Shown here one piece after another: positions 49,073 through 57,347 of a DNA stretch of 64,000 nt. Origin of the DNA: a virus (taxonomy: Duplodnaviria; Caudoviricetes). Under the pieces are notes generated by a model that saw only the letters and a list, made by a program, of their open reading frames with translations, was not told the origin of the DNA and ran no database searches. The stretch is from the IMG/VR virus record IMGVR_UViG_3300034062_006701. One strand, given 5' to 3'. Within the stretch, counting starts at the first letter, position 1. Each line of letters opens with the position of its first letter. A program made the translations under genes and the position numbers.

Positions 49073-49522
49073 TCAGCTACCTTCTTTCTTACTGTTAAGA
49101 ATTGACTTGATATCTGTCTGTAGCTTTAATATCGTTTCTATTTTTTTCTCTATTGATTCAATACGCTCAAATACTTGTATGGTATATGGGTTATTATTGA
49201 AATCAAATTCAAGTTGATTCTTATCCTTTTCTTGCGTTGTAACTGGTACAGGTAGCGACGGCACGGCAATTGGAGTAAGTTGTGGGTGTTGTGTAACAGG
49301 TACGTTTTCTATCTGGGGTACATGTTGTATCTGTTGAGAGGGTGCTGGAGGAGCGATTGAGTTCAACACAGCATGTGGATTAAGAACCATGCCATTTAGT
49401 GTATTCGTCTTCGTAATTAGATTTTTATCTAATTCCTTTAGCTCACCCATGTTTTGACCCATAAACTGAAGCGTTAAGTACTTCAGTTCATCGGGTGATA
49501 GATTATCATTAAATGTATCCAT
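49073..49522 (-). CDS. Hypothetical protein (P/Q-rich, C-terminal coiled coil)
   Basis: TAATG-coupled to gp32. Confidence 0.6.
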   Translation of the reverse strand: MDTFNDNLSPDELKYLTLQFMGQNMGELKELDKNLITKTNTLNGMVLNPHAVLNSIAPPAPSQQIQHVPQIENVPVTQHPQLTPIAVPSLPVPVTTQEKDKNQLEFDFNNNPYTIQVFERIESIEKKIETILKLQTDIKSILNSKKEGS

Positions 49523-50388
49523 TAATCAAGTCCCTTGAGGAGATCATTAATATCATCATCATCAAGACTCGCAGGTACTGGTGCTTCCTTTACTGCGGGT
49601 GGTTGAGCGACGGGTTTTTCAATAATACGAGGTTGTGATTGAGTCTCGGTATTAGATTCTGTAGTAACCACATCTTCATTACAGTGATAGTGTAGATTAA
49701 GTGTCTCCTTTAATTCATCGTAGCTCTTAACCGCGAGGTATGATTCAAGATCAAAAACGTTACCGTAAATTTCATCGTACGAATCAGAATCTAATCCTGT
49801 AACCGCTTTAGGTAGAGCAAATTTAGATGAAACGTAAGTTGGAAAATCACCCTGCTTCTCTACCTTAATTCTAAGGCTACAACCAGCAGGGGAAAGATCA
49901 AAAATTCTCGGACCAAAATCCGCTGCATCGTCACCCTCAATGGCATCCATAATAATCTTGTTGAGCTGGCGACCAAATCGGAGAATTTTAATTTGACCGT
50001 TATTTTCTGGCTTAGTAGGATCGTTCTCTACGTAGACATTAACCATCCAATTTTCCTTACGATTCAACGCCTGTGCCTTCGCTTTATCTTCTTCTGTTCC
50101 TGATCGGCGAATACGATAACCTTCTTCCGCGATCGGATCGCGTTGATTCCACGTCGTAGGACTAACAACGTTAATCAACTTACCATCTGCAAAGCTTTTC
50201 CAGCTATATGAATAGTAATGCAAAAATGTCTTATTAGGGTCCTTAACGTTAGGCAATATACGTACAGTATATGTATTACCGGCTTCAGTTCTAAGGAAGT
50301 CCTTAAATTTTGTATTGGTGTTTTCGGTTTGCTTCGTAAGAGCAGATTTAATGCTATCGAACATTGATGATGTGAATGAGGTGGTCAT
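49522..50388 (-). CDS. gp32: Single-stranded DNA-binding protein gp32
   Basis: VRILP; WMVNVYVENDPTKPENNGQIKILRFGRQL; FDLSPAGCSLRIKV; acidic C-terminal LDDDDINDLLKGLD. Confidence 0.92.
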   Translation of the reverse strand: MTTSFTSSMFDSIKSALTKQTENTNTKFKDFLRTEAGNTYTVRILPNVKDPNKTFLHYYSYSWKSFADGKLINVVSPTTWNQRDPIAEEGYRIRRSGTEEDKAKAQALNRKENWMVNVYVENDPTKPENNGQIKILRFGRQLNKIIMDAIEGDDAADFGPRIFDLSPAGCSLRIKVEKQGDFPTYVSSKFALPKAVTGLDSDSYDEIYGNVFDLESYLAVKSYDELKETLNLHYHCNEDVVTTESNTETQSQPRIIEKPVAQPPAVKEAPVPASLDDDDINDLLKGLD

Positions 50389-50399
50389 ATTTTTATTTT

Positions 50400-50427
50400 A
50401 TAATAGGTTGGTTAGTTTAATTTTCAA
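50400..50427 (-). promoter_or_regulatory. Sigma70-like promoter for gp32
   Basis: TTGAAA-16-TATTAT, 11 nt before ATG. Confidence 0.55.
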
Positions 50428-51091
50428 GTTTATTTTCAAGTTTATTTTTTAGTTTTTGTATACCGGCTTTAACTAAGATCTTAGCTGTTTTACTTGCGAA
50501 GAACTTTAATCTAAACGTAGGTATATTGTTTAGGAATTCAATACCAAGTATAAACTCTAAAATATCGTTATCAACTAATTTTAATTGTTTATCAAATTGC
50601 GTGAACCCTAAAAGACAATAAACATTTACTCTATGTTCCTTGAGATGCAAGATAAAAGATGGTGTGTTATTACTTCGGTGTGTTATGTAATCGTCTATCT
50701 CAATGTCGTTGTCGTGACAGTAATTCGATATATATTTCAATGACTCTACTATATTAGTCAATTGCTCAGGAGCATCAGGATCGAGAAAAAGTTTTTTTCT
50801 TTGGTAAAGTGTATACGCTTTTGTTGCTTTAAGGGTAGTGTAGTATTCTATATCAAAGTAACTTTCATCAGGGTATATAACATAAGGAGCTTTAATAAAA
50901 TCGTCCAATGATATGTGGCTATGCTTTGTTAAAAATATTGAGATTTTTTTTAACTGTCTAATTATAACAGGGTCGATATTACTAAAATCTTTTCTGAACT
51001 TAAAGGGTTGTGATCTTTGAGATCGGGAAATTCTTAAATGAGTATTATAAATGTGCTGATCAAAATCTGTCAGGCTAAGTGCTACATCCAT
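50417..51091 (-). CDS. Possible helicase loader (gp59-like)
   Basis: 224 aa, basic. Between gp41 and gp32. FILHLKEHRVNVYCLLG loosely resembles the gp59 C-terminal half. Confidence 0.4.
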   Translation of the reverse strand: MDVALSLTDFDQHIYNTHLRISRSQRSQPFKFRKDFSNIDPVIIRQLKKISIFLTKHSHISLDDFIKAPYVIYPDESYFDIEYYTTLKATKAYTLYQRKKLFLDPDAPEQLTNIVESLKYISNYCHDNDIEIDDYITHRSNNTPSFILHLKEHRVNVYCLLGFTQFDKQLKLVDNDILEFILGIEFLNNIPTFRLKFFASKTAKILVKAGIQKLKNKLENKLEN

Positions 51092-51094
51092 TTA

Positions 51095-51418
51095 TTAGAT
51101 GGTAATCTTCTTTTTTGAGGAATTCAAGTATTTCATTACATATTTGCTTTTATATAGACCAGGATCAAACATCGTAAATGCTTGTACAACAGCGAAATCA
51201 CTATTTATATCACAATATATTTTAAATAAATCTCGTAATTCTTTTTTTTGAAGGATAAGTAAAAACACATTTGCTATATTCAATTTTTTTGCGTTTATTA
51301 ATGTAAGAAATGAACAAAATGAGAGGAATAAGTGTTCATACTCATAGTTTATTAATGTGCTGTTTATATTATCAGGCTTCACTAGATAACTAATTATCAG
51401 AAGCCTTATAAAAATCAA
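51095..51418 (-). CDS. Hypothetical protein (start may be GTG 51382)
   Basis: Fills the gap between helicase and the gp59-like gene. Confidence 0.5.
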   Translation of the reverse strand: MIFIRLLIISYLVKPDNINSTLINYEYEHLFLSFCSFLTLINAKKLNIANVFLLILQKKELRDLFKIYCDINSDFAVVQAFTMFDPGLYKSKYVMKYLNSSKKKITI

Positions 51419-51420
51419 TG

Positions 51421-52737
51421 TTATTCACTTGATAGAGAAGCGAGTGCATTAATAGTTGATGCACTCGCTGCAGTATCGTTTATATGCTCATCCTCACTCA
51501 ATGTCAGTGTTGAATAATCTATGCGCATAATGCATTGCCCGAAATTTGGTCCGAACCGATTTTTCATCATCCCCATTTTAATTACACCTAATTCACGGTC
51601 TGTCGGCTCCTGCCATATACTCATAAGGACATCAGCTGTGTGAGCAAGCCCCATACTCTCTGAAATAGTATTCATGCCTGGATCTGATGTACCATACCCG
51701 CTTCGGTTAAGCTGAGTCGCGGAGATGATAGGGCAATTAAAGATATATGTAAGTGACCGTAGTTGTTCGGTTATTTTTTTAACCTTTTCATAACTATTAC
51801 TTTCACCGGGGTAGTGAAGTAGATTGACGTAGTCGAGTACAATCGCGTCAAATTTCATACCCTTATTTCGTAATTTCTTAATATACGATTGAAGAAATCC
51901 GACAGTAATAGATGAAGGCGGAAACTCTTTAATTAAAATTTTAGCCTCAGGATTACCGGAAGCGTACTCTTCAAGAGCGTTCTTTAATGTTGGTACTTCT
52001 GTTTTAATTTTACTGAGAGGTATTTTTGTTATATTTGAGCTTAGTCTCTGCGCATATATCATTTCAGGCATTTCAAGTGAAATAAGTAACACACTCTTTC
52101 CTTGCTTTGCAATATTAATTGCTACATTACCGAGAAAAATACTCTTACCAATATTCGTTTCACCTGTAAACACATACATTGCTCTACCTTCCTGAAGAAA
52201 CCCTCCACCTATTCTTTCATCTAACCACGTCCAGCCTGTTGGGATAAAATTAACTTGTGAATTTAGATTATCGGCAATTGCATCTACTTCGTTAAACAGA
52301 TCTAATCCAACTTCTGTCGTTAGAGAAATATTACAAGCAACTTCAAACTTTTCTAAAACTTGCGTTGTATCCATGTCTGGCTTCTCAACGACTTCAAGCA
52401 TTGTATGATACACAGCTTTTTCCTTTAGAAAAGTTTCTGTATTTTGATACAGCTCATCAGTGTTAATATTTTTATCTATACCCTTAAATCCTTCGACGGT
52501 CCTTTTAAAGGAATCTTTGAGCTCTGTTGTTGTAAGACAGGCCTTTATTTCTGTTAACGTTGGGCATGTATTGCGCCTATTAAAAAAATCTTTTATAATT
52601 TCAAAAACCGGTTTAATGTCCTTATCCTTAAAGTAAGCCGGTTTCACATAATCAACGATAGAAGCAAGATACGTCTCGTCTGTTAGTGCTCTATGCACCA
52701 TGACCTTTTCAAAATAATCGTGATCAATCTTTGACAT
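51421..52737 (-). CDS. gp41: Replicative DNA helicase gp41 (DnaB family)
   Basis: Walker A GETNIGKS, ISLEM, IVLDYVNL, SATQLNRSG, SESMGLAHTAD, KNRFG. Confidence 0.95.
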   Translation of the reverse strand: MSKIDHDYFEKVMVHRALTDETYLASIVDYVKPAYFKDKDIKPVFEIIKDFFNRRNTCPTLTEIKACLTTTELKDSFKRTVEGFKGIDKNINTDELYQNTETFLKEKAVYHTMLEVVEKPDMDTTQVLEKFEVACNISLTTEVGLDLFNEVDAIADNLNSQVNFIPTGWTWLDERIGGGFLQEGRAMYVFTGETNIGKSIFLGNVAINIAKQGKSVLLISLEMPEMIYAQRLSSNITKIPLSKIKTEVPTLKNALEEYASGNPEAKILIKEFPPSSITVGFLQSYIKKLRNKGMKFDAIVLDYVNLLHYPGESNSYEKVKKITEQLRSLTYIFNCPIISATQLNRSGYGTSDPGMNTISESMGLAHTADVLMSIWQEPTDRELGVIKMGMMKNRFGPNFGQCIMRIDYSTLTLSEDEHINDTAASASTINALASLSSE

Positions 52738-52763
52738 TCACTCTATAATATTACCTTATGCTA

Positions 52764-53444
52764 TTAATAGCTAGCATACTCTTGTAAAAACTTTGATTGG
52801 TTTTCAACGAATGTTTTATCATTAATATCTCTCAACCCAGGTGAATTATGGTACGATAAAATCGGTACAACTCCAATCTTAAGTTTTTTCTTATTAGCGT
52901 CTATGCAACTCGAGATATCGTAATGGTGAAATGTATAGTTCTCGTTGAACATCCATTTTACTTCTTTAGTTTTGTTGACGTTAACCGACATAAATGCACC
53001 ATCAATTATTGCAACTCTTGCAGGACTTGGTCCGAAATTTGTTATAGATGTTGTTACACCATCTGGTAGGTAATGACCTGCAAAGCCTCTTAAATTATTA
53101 CCATGAAAGCCTCCGCACATGATATGCCATAGCGCTGGAGCTTTAATAACGGGGTTTAAACCCCCGGCTAAACCAATGATATCGTATTGCTTGTGACCTT
53201 CTTCAAGTTTTGTGAGAAAGCCTGCATCATCAATCCACATATCATCATGGATAAATAGAATTTGTGAGTAGTTCTTAGTAAGAAATTTATTGTACGCCTC
53301 CGATAAGCCTGTTTTATTTTTTGTAACAAATTGCAGTTTATCTAAGAACATTCCACTATTAGACTTCTCGAGTTTAGCGAGGCTTTTATAAAGAAGGGTT
53401 TCCTTATAGTCAGAGTGTTGTGTGCATGAGACAATAGCTATCAT
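52764..53444 (-). CDS. GT-A (family 2-like) glycosyltransferase
   Basis: LSEAYN, FIHDD, IIGLAG, IDGAFM, FHHYDISSC, H-x-S-x-G. Confidence 0.8.
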   Translation of the reverse strand: MIAIVSCTQHSDYKETLLYKSLAKLEKSNSGMFLDKLQFVTKNKTGLSEAYNKFLTKNYSQILFIHDDMWIDDAGFLTKLEEGHKQYDIIGLAGGLNPVIKAPALWHIMCGGFHGNNLRGFAGHYLPDGVTTSITNFGPSPARVAIIDGAFMSVNVNKTKEVKWMFNENYTFHHYDISSCIDANKKKLKIGVVPILSYHNSPGLRDINDKTFVENQSKFLQEYASY

Positions 53445-54127
53445 ATAATAAAAAAGGGTGAATTCTTAATAAAACCGCCAACGGATGTTAATCCTTCCGG
53501 AGTTAACAAATACAATACACCTTCTTCGAGTGGTTCAAGGTTGTTGTCTGGTAGTGAAGAAAAATCATTCGTAAGGAGGTTAGCATATAATGTACTGCCA
53601 GAGCGTGCAATATAAATGTTATGTGATGTTTTACTATATATCCAGAGTCCGAATGTACCTTCAAGCTTCGATAGTGCTGTGCATATTACTTCAACTTCAT
53701 TTCCCGGACACTGTTCTGAATATTTTTCAATTAAAGCAGGTATTACTGATGAGTCCACTTCATTGTATTTTGAAGTATCCTTTATAAGGGCTTTAAGCTT
53801 TAAATCATTAGTCAAAACACCATTATGTGCAACTACCCATTCTCCGCAATAAAATGGATGAGAAGTACTTTCATCAAAGATGCGCTTTGCGCTTGTCGGC
53901 GCCTGGGTGTGTCCGAGATAGAAATAGAAATCTGATGGCTTCATCTGAATATCACTGTTGTTTATAGTCATATTCTTTGACAGCTCGATAGCTCCTTCTT
54001 TCTTTATACATGCATCATACGTGTGGCTAAGAAATAAACCGCCGTATGCGAAGGTACCTCGTTCTCTACCCTTTTGATACAGCTTCGAATATACATTAAA
54101 ATTTGCACTTCCAAAAATTGAACACAT
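53441..54127 (-). CDS. Class II (Ntn) glutamine amidotransferase
   Basis: N-terminal M-C-S-I-F-G nucleophile Cys; LGHTQAPT; HPF; AHNGVLTN; VDSSVI. Confidence 0.88.
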   Translation of the reverse strand: MCSIFGSANFNVYSKLYQKGRERGTFAYGGLFLSHTYDACIKKEGAIELSKNMTINNSDIQMKPSDFYFYLGHTQAPTSAKRIFDESTSHPFYCGEWVVAHNGVLTNDLKLKALIKDTSKYNEVDSSVIPALIEKYSEQCPGNEVEVICTALSKLEGTFGLWIYSKTSHNIYIARSGSTLYANLLTNDFSSLPDNNLEPLEEGVLYLLTPEGLTSVGGFIKNSPFFII

Positions 54128-54168
54128 CTTAATAATATTATACTGTTAAGAATAAATAATTCAAGCAT

Positions 54169-55047
54169 ATGAATACAGACGTTAACCTTATTTTTGAAGC
54201 TTATAGAAATAATATTCTCGGTGAAATGGCCTTACAGGTAAAAGATAAGACAAACGCTGAAAAATCACTTATAGATGCGATTACACACGGCATTGAAACA
54301 AGAACCGGTGATACCTATCTTTTTAAGGGACTACAGGGAGAAGAGTTAAAGCAGAGGGTAGAAGAGTTAGTTGTACCTATCATCAGAGACCTCTTCCAGG
54401 ATGGCGTGTATGCAGGTCGTTCAAGTGGAGATCTTAAAGAGTTAGAATATGATCTTCTCGAGAAGTTAGCGGCTTCAAACCCGAGAGCGAAGTCTCAGTA
54501 TACAGCGAGAATTTTAAGAAGCTTTATCGCTAGCGTCGTTGATGAGGTTGAAGGTTCTGTAGAGCAGGGCGAAACAATAGAAAATGCTTCCGATGATATC
54601 GCAGACGCTGTTGTTGACGGGGCAGAGAAGTCAGACGAAATTGCTCAGTCAGAAGCTCCAAGTGATTCAGAACAAGAACCGGTAGCAGCTCCATCAGACC
54701 GTATTACAACAAGAATTGAAAAACTAATCGCTGATCTCGTTGATGATTCAGGTGTTCTCGAGACAGGTGTCGTTAAGGACGTGGGGCAGCAAATTCTTGA
54801 TAGCGGTGGTCTTGGTCTTCAGGAGGGTCAAATTACCGGTAAGGTTAAAGCTATCGTCAATGACCTCGTTAAAAAGCAGGTATTTGAAAGAAAGGGCCAG
54901 TATTTAAAGCTCGGCAGTAATTTTGAAAAATTCGAGCAAGGTGGTAGTGACTCTTCTGTTTTATCCGATGAAGATTTAATAACTACTGTCACTGGCTACG
55001 GTCAACGACCAACATCAGGTCGCGAGTTCTGGGGTGGACAAGAATAA
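54169..55047 (+). CDS. Acidic late protein with capsid-targeting-like leader and possible C-terminal winged helix
   Basis: MNTDVNLIFE-AY. TAAATA upstream. C-terminal VKAIVNDLVKKQVFERKGQYLKLG resembles a helix plus wing. Confidence 0.65.
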   Translation: MNTDVNLIFEAYRNNILGEMALQVKDKTNAEKSLIDAITHGIETRTGDTYLFKGLQGEELKQRVEELVVPIIRDLFQDGVYAGRSSGDLKELEYDLLEKLAASNPRAKSQYTARILRSFIASVVDEVEGSVEQGETIENASDDIADAVVDGAEKSDEIAQSEAPSDSEQEPVAAPSDRITTRIEKLIADLVDDSGVLETGVVKDVGQQILDSGGLGLQEGQITGKVKAIVNDLVKKQVFERKGQYLKLGSNFEKFEQGGSDSSVLSDEDLITTVTGYGQRPTSGREFWGGQE

Positions 55048-55053
55048 TTCGAT

Positions 55054-55752
55054 CTAGTCGATTAACTTCTCCCATGGAATACTCTTTGAATAAGAGAGTG
55101 GGTCTCTAGTTCCTGCTTGTATAAACCCTTGAAGGCGTAAAGAGCAAGCCGTGCATTCACCGCACGCTGTGTCAGTACCTTCATAACAAGTCCATGTCTG
55201 GTTAAAATCAACGCCTAATGATATACCCATTTCAATAATTTCCTGCTTTGATTTTGTAATTAACGGTGCCTCTATATTAATTTTATTCATGCGATTTAAC
55301 TTTATAACATCGTTAATTGCATGAATAAATGAATCCGCACCATCCCAAAAACCTGCAACACTATCAGCCTGTGCGGCTCCGTGATAAACAGTACTTGCAC
55401 CAAAGCTCTCTGCAAACGAGCATGCAATACTTAACAACATCATGTTTCTAAACGGTACATAATTTACTGTTTGCGCCTCGCCGCATACGTCTCTTGTCTT
55501 AGCTACATTAATACTGTGGTCAGTTAGTGACGATGCACCTATGTCCTTAAAAAATGGTAAGTTAATAATTTGATGCTTGCGGATTTTATCCTTTAAAGCA
55601 TTTACCTGAAATTGTGCGCATTCGAGCTCTTTAATATGTCTCTGACCATAATCAAAAGAGATAGCATACACGTCGTCATAATTCGCAGCTGCATGGTGTA
55701 GTAACACAGTACTATCCATACCACCGGAAATTGGCACAACAACGCCGCTCAT
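55054..55752 (-). CDS. queC: QueC-family 7-cyano-7-deazaguanine synthase
   Basis: SGGMDS PP-loop, FDYGQRH, YVPFRN, Zn site TWTCY...CGECTAC..R. Confidence 0.92.
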   Translation of the reverse strand: MSGVVVPISGGMDSTVLLHHAAANYDDVYAISFDYGQRHIKELECAQFQVNALKDKIRKHQIINLPFFKDIGASSLTDHSINVAKTRDVCGEAQTVNYVPFRNMMLLSIACSFAESFGASTVYHGAAQADSVAGFWDGADSFIHAINDVIKLNRMNKINIEAPLITKSKQEIIEMGISLGVDFNQTWTCYEGTDTACGECTACSLRLQGFIQAGTRDPLSYSKSIPWEKLID

Positions 55753-56882
55753 TATTCTACTTCTGCCTCAACTGTATCATCCACAATCTCACTATCAGCT
55801 TGATGGTATCTGTAATCTTCCTTAAGAGCTTTATCGAGCGCAGGTATTATAAATTCTTCATAAAAATTTGCATCTTTAGTAAAGTTTTTGGCATACCCGA
55901 GCTTATCACCTTTCTTATACTTACCACCATCAACACCAATTGTGTATGTTGCACCGTTTTGTTCTACAATACCACGTGAAGCAGCCATTGCGAGAAGACC
56001 GCTATACTTATTGAGGCCTGACTTAAATGAGAGATACATTTCAATCTCAAGAAATTGAGGAATAAATCGGTTCTTTGCAGTTAATGCACGGAGAGTTACT
56101 CCACTGTATTTGTTGGCTTCTGATAGTTTTTCATCTTCAACGTTAGAGAACTCACCTTCACCGGCTTTCTCATTTCTCTTCGCAAGCTGTACTAGGATGC
56201 TCGCCATATAAACCGGGCCAGATCCGCCAGCCTGTGACTTAATCAACGATGGATACATCGCTGCAGGGTCAGAATATGTATGATTAACAAATAATATTGT
56301 TGTTTGCGCTTTTGCAGCCTTATAGGTTAGTGTTCGAAGCATCGATTTCAATGCTTTAGCGCGCATACCCATATCCACCGCAGACTTGTCCTTCAATGCG
56401 TCGTCAAGTTCCTTTTGTGATGCTAGATTACCCAGACTATCAATGCAGATTATTATCTTACCATGTTGGTTATTCGCTATCACTTTATCTAAAAGTGCTG
56501 ATACTTGATTACGACACTTCTCGATTGTATCGATTGGTACGTATTTCACTCTTTCAGGATCAAGACCTACACCGCGTACAGAGTTTTTATCAACAGCGAT
56601 CTCAGAGTCAAAAATAACCGGGATAACACCCTTTTTCTGAGCGTTTGCAAGAATCTTACCTGTAATGAGAGTTTTACCTGTACCGGATTCACCGCTAAAG
56701 CCTATAATTCTACCCTTAGGTACTCCGCCATTTCGAAGATCACCAGTAAGAATAGCATTTAAGGCATAGCACCCTGTATCAAAGCATTCAGTAAAGTTAC
56801 TAAGAGCGTTTTCAGAGAGAAAACATGCATCTGAATTATGCTCGTCAATGATTGCTAGAGTCTTGAGTAGGTCTTTATCCAT
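55752..56882 (-). CDS. uvsX: RecA-like recombinase UvsX
   Basis: DTGCYALNAILTG, Walker A GESGTGKT, FDSE, IDSLGNL, VNHTY. Confidence 0.93.
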   Translation of the reverse strand: MDKDLLKTLAIIDEHNSDACFLSENALSNFTECFDTGCYALNAILTGDLRNGGVPKGRIIGFSGESGTGKTLITGKILANAQKKGVIPVIFDSEIAVDKNSVRGVGLDPERVKYVPIDTIEKCRNQVSALLDKVIANNQHGKIIICIDSLGNLASQKELDDALKDKSAVDMGMRAKALKSMLRTLTYKAAKAQTTILFVNHTYSDPAAMYPSLIKSQAGGSGPVYMASILVQLAKRNEKAGEGEFSNVEDEKLSEANKYSGVTLRALTAKNRFIPQFLEIEMYLSFKSGLNKYSGLLAMAASRGIVEQNGATYTIGVDGGKYKKGDKLGYAKNFTKDANFYEEFIIPALDKALKEDYRYHQADSEIVDDTVEAEVE

Positions 56883-56889
56883 ATCACAT

Positions 56890-56917
56890 ATTGTAGTATA
56901 TCAAATAATGTAATCAA
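56890..56917 (-). promoter_or_regulatory. Sigma70-like promoter for uvsX-queC
   Basis: TTGATT-16-TACAAT, 7 nt before ATG, abutting the upstream terminator. Confidence 0.65.
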
Positions 56918-56955
56918 CAAAAAAAAAAACACCCGTAGCTATAGCTACGGGTGTT
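56918..56955 (-). terminator. Intrinsic terminator built on a perfect 28-bp palindrome
   Basis: AACACCCGTAGCTATAGCTACGGGTGTT (56928-56955) with an A-run on its left, giving a long U tract on the minus strand. Confidence 0.9.
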
Positions 56956-56981
56956 AATCTGGTTTCGATTCAGATTACGAA

Positions 56982-57347
56982 TTACTCTTCATCAAAAAGT
57001 CGCACTACCTGTGGCTCATCTGACGTAACGAGCGATGAAGGTGCAGCGAAGAGCTTTGTGTACTGCTCTACAAGACGTGGATCGTTGTCAACGTCTACAC
57101 CAAGAACGACGCTCGAATAATGGTACTTCCATACCGTTCCATTTTCCTTTGACTTCTCACCAACAAATTCACGGAAGTAGAGAGGAATCGTCTGAACGTT
57201 AAGCTGTCCCTGTTGTGTTGGCTGAACGTGAATAATAGCGGGATTCTTTACGGTAAAAGAATGTCCGTTATCAACGTCGCTACCAAACTCACCAATAATG
57301 GTGCGGCCAATGTGATCGATAAATGTAATAAGATTTGTATTGCTCAT
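56982..57347 (-). CDS. Small beta-rich protein, possibly Sm-like fold
   Basis: LITFIDHIGRTIIGE...FTVKNPAIIHV pattern and acidic/hydrophobic tail VVRLFDEE. Has its own promoter and terminator. Confidence 0.55.
   Translation of the reverse strand: MSNTNLITFIDHIGRTIIGEFGSDVDNGHSFTVKNPAIIHVQPTQQGQLNVQTIPLYFREFVGEKSKENGTVWKYHYSSVVLGVDVDNDPRLVEQYTKLFAAPSSLVTSDEPQVVRLFDEE

Noticed and set aside
55054-55752. QatABCD or type IV CBASS defence system
   Set aside because: No ATPase, TatD or cyclase partners are present. The queC is coupled to uvsX in a phage replication block.
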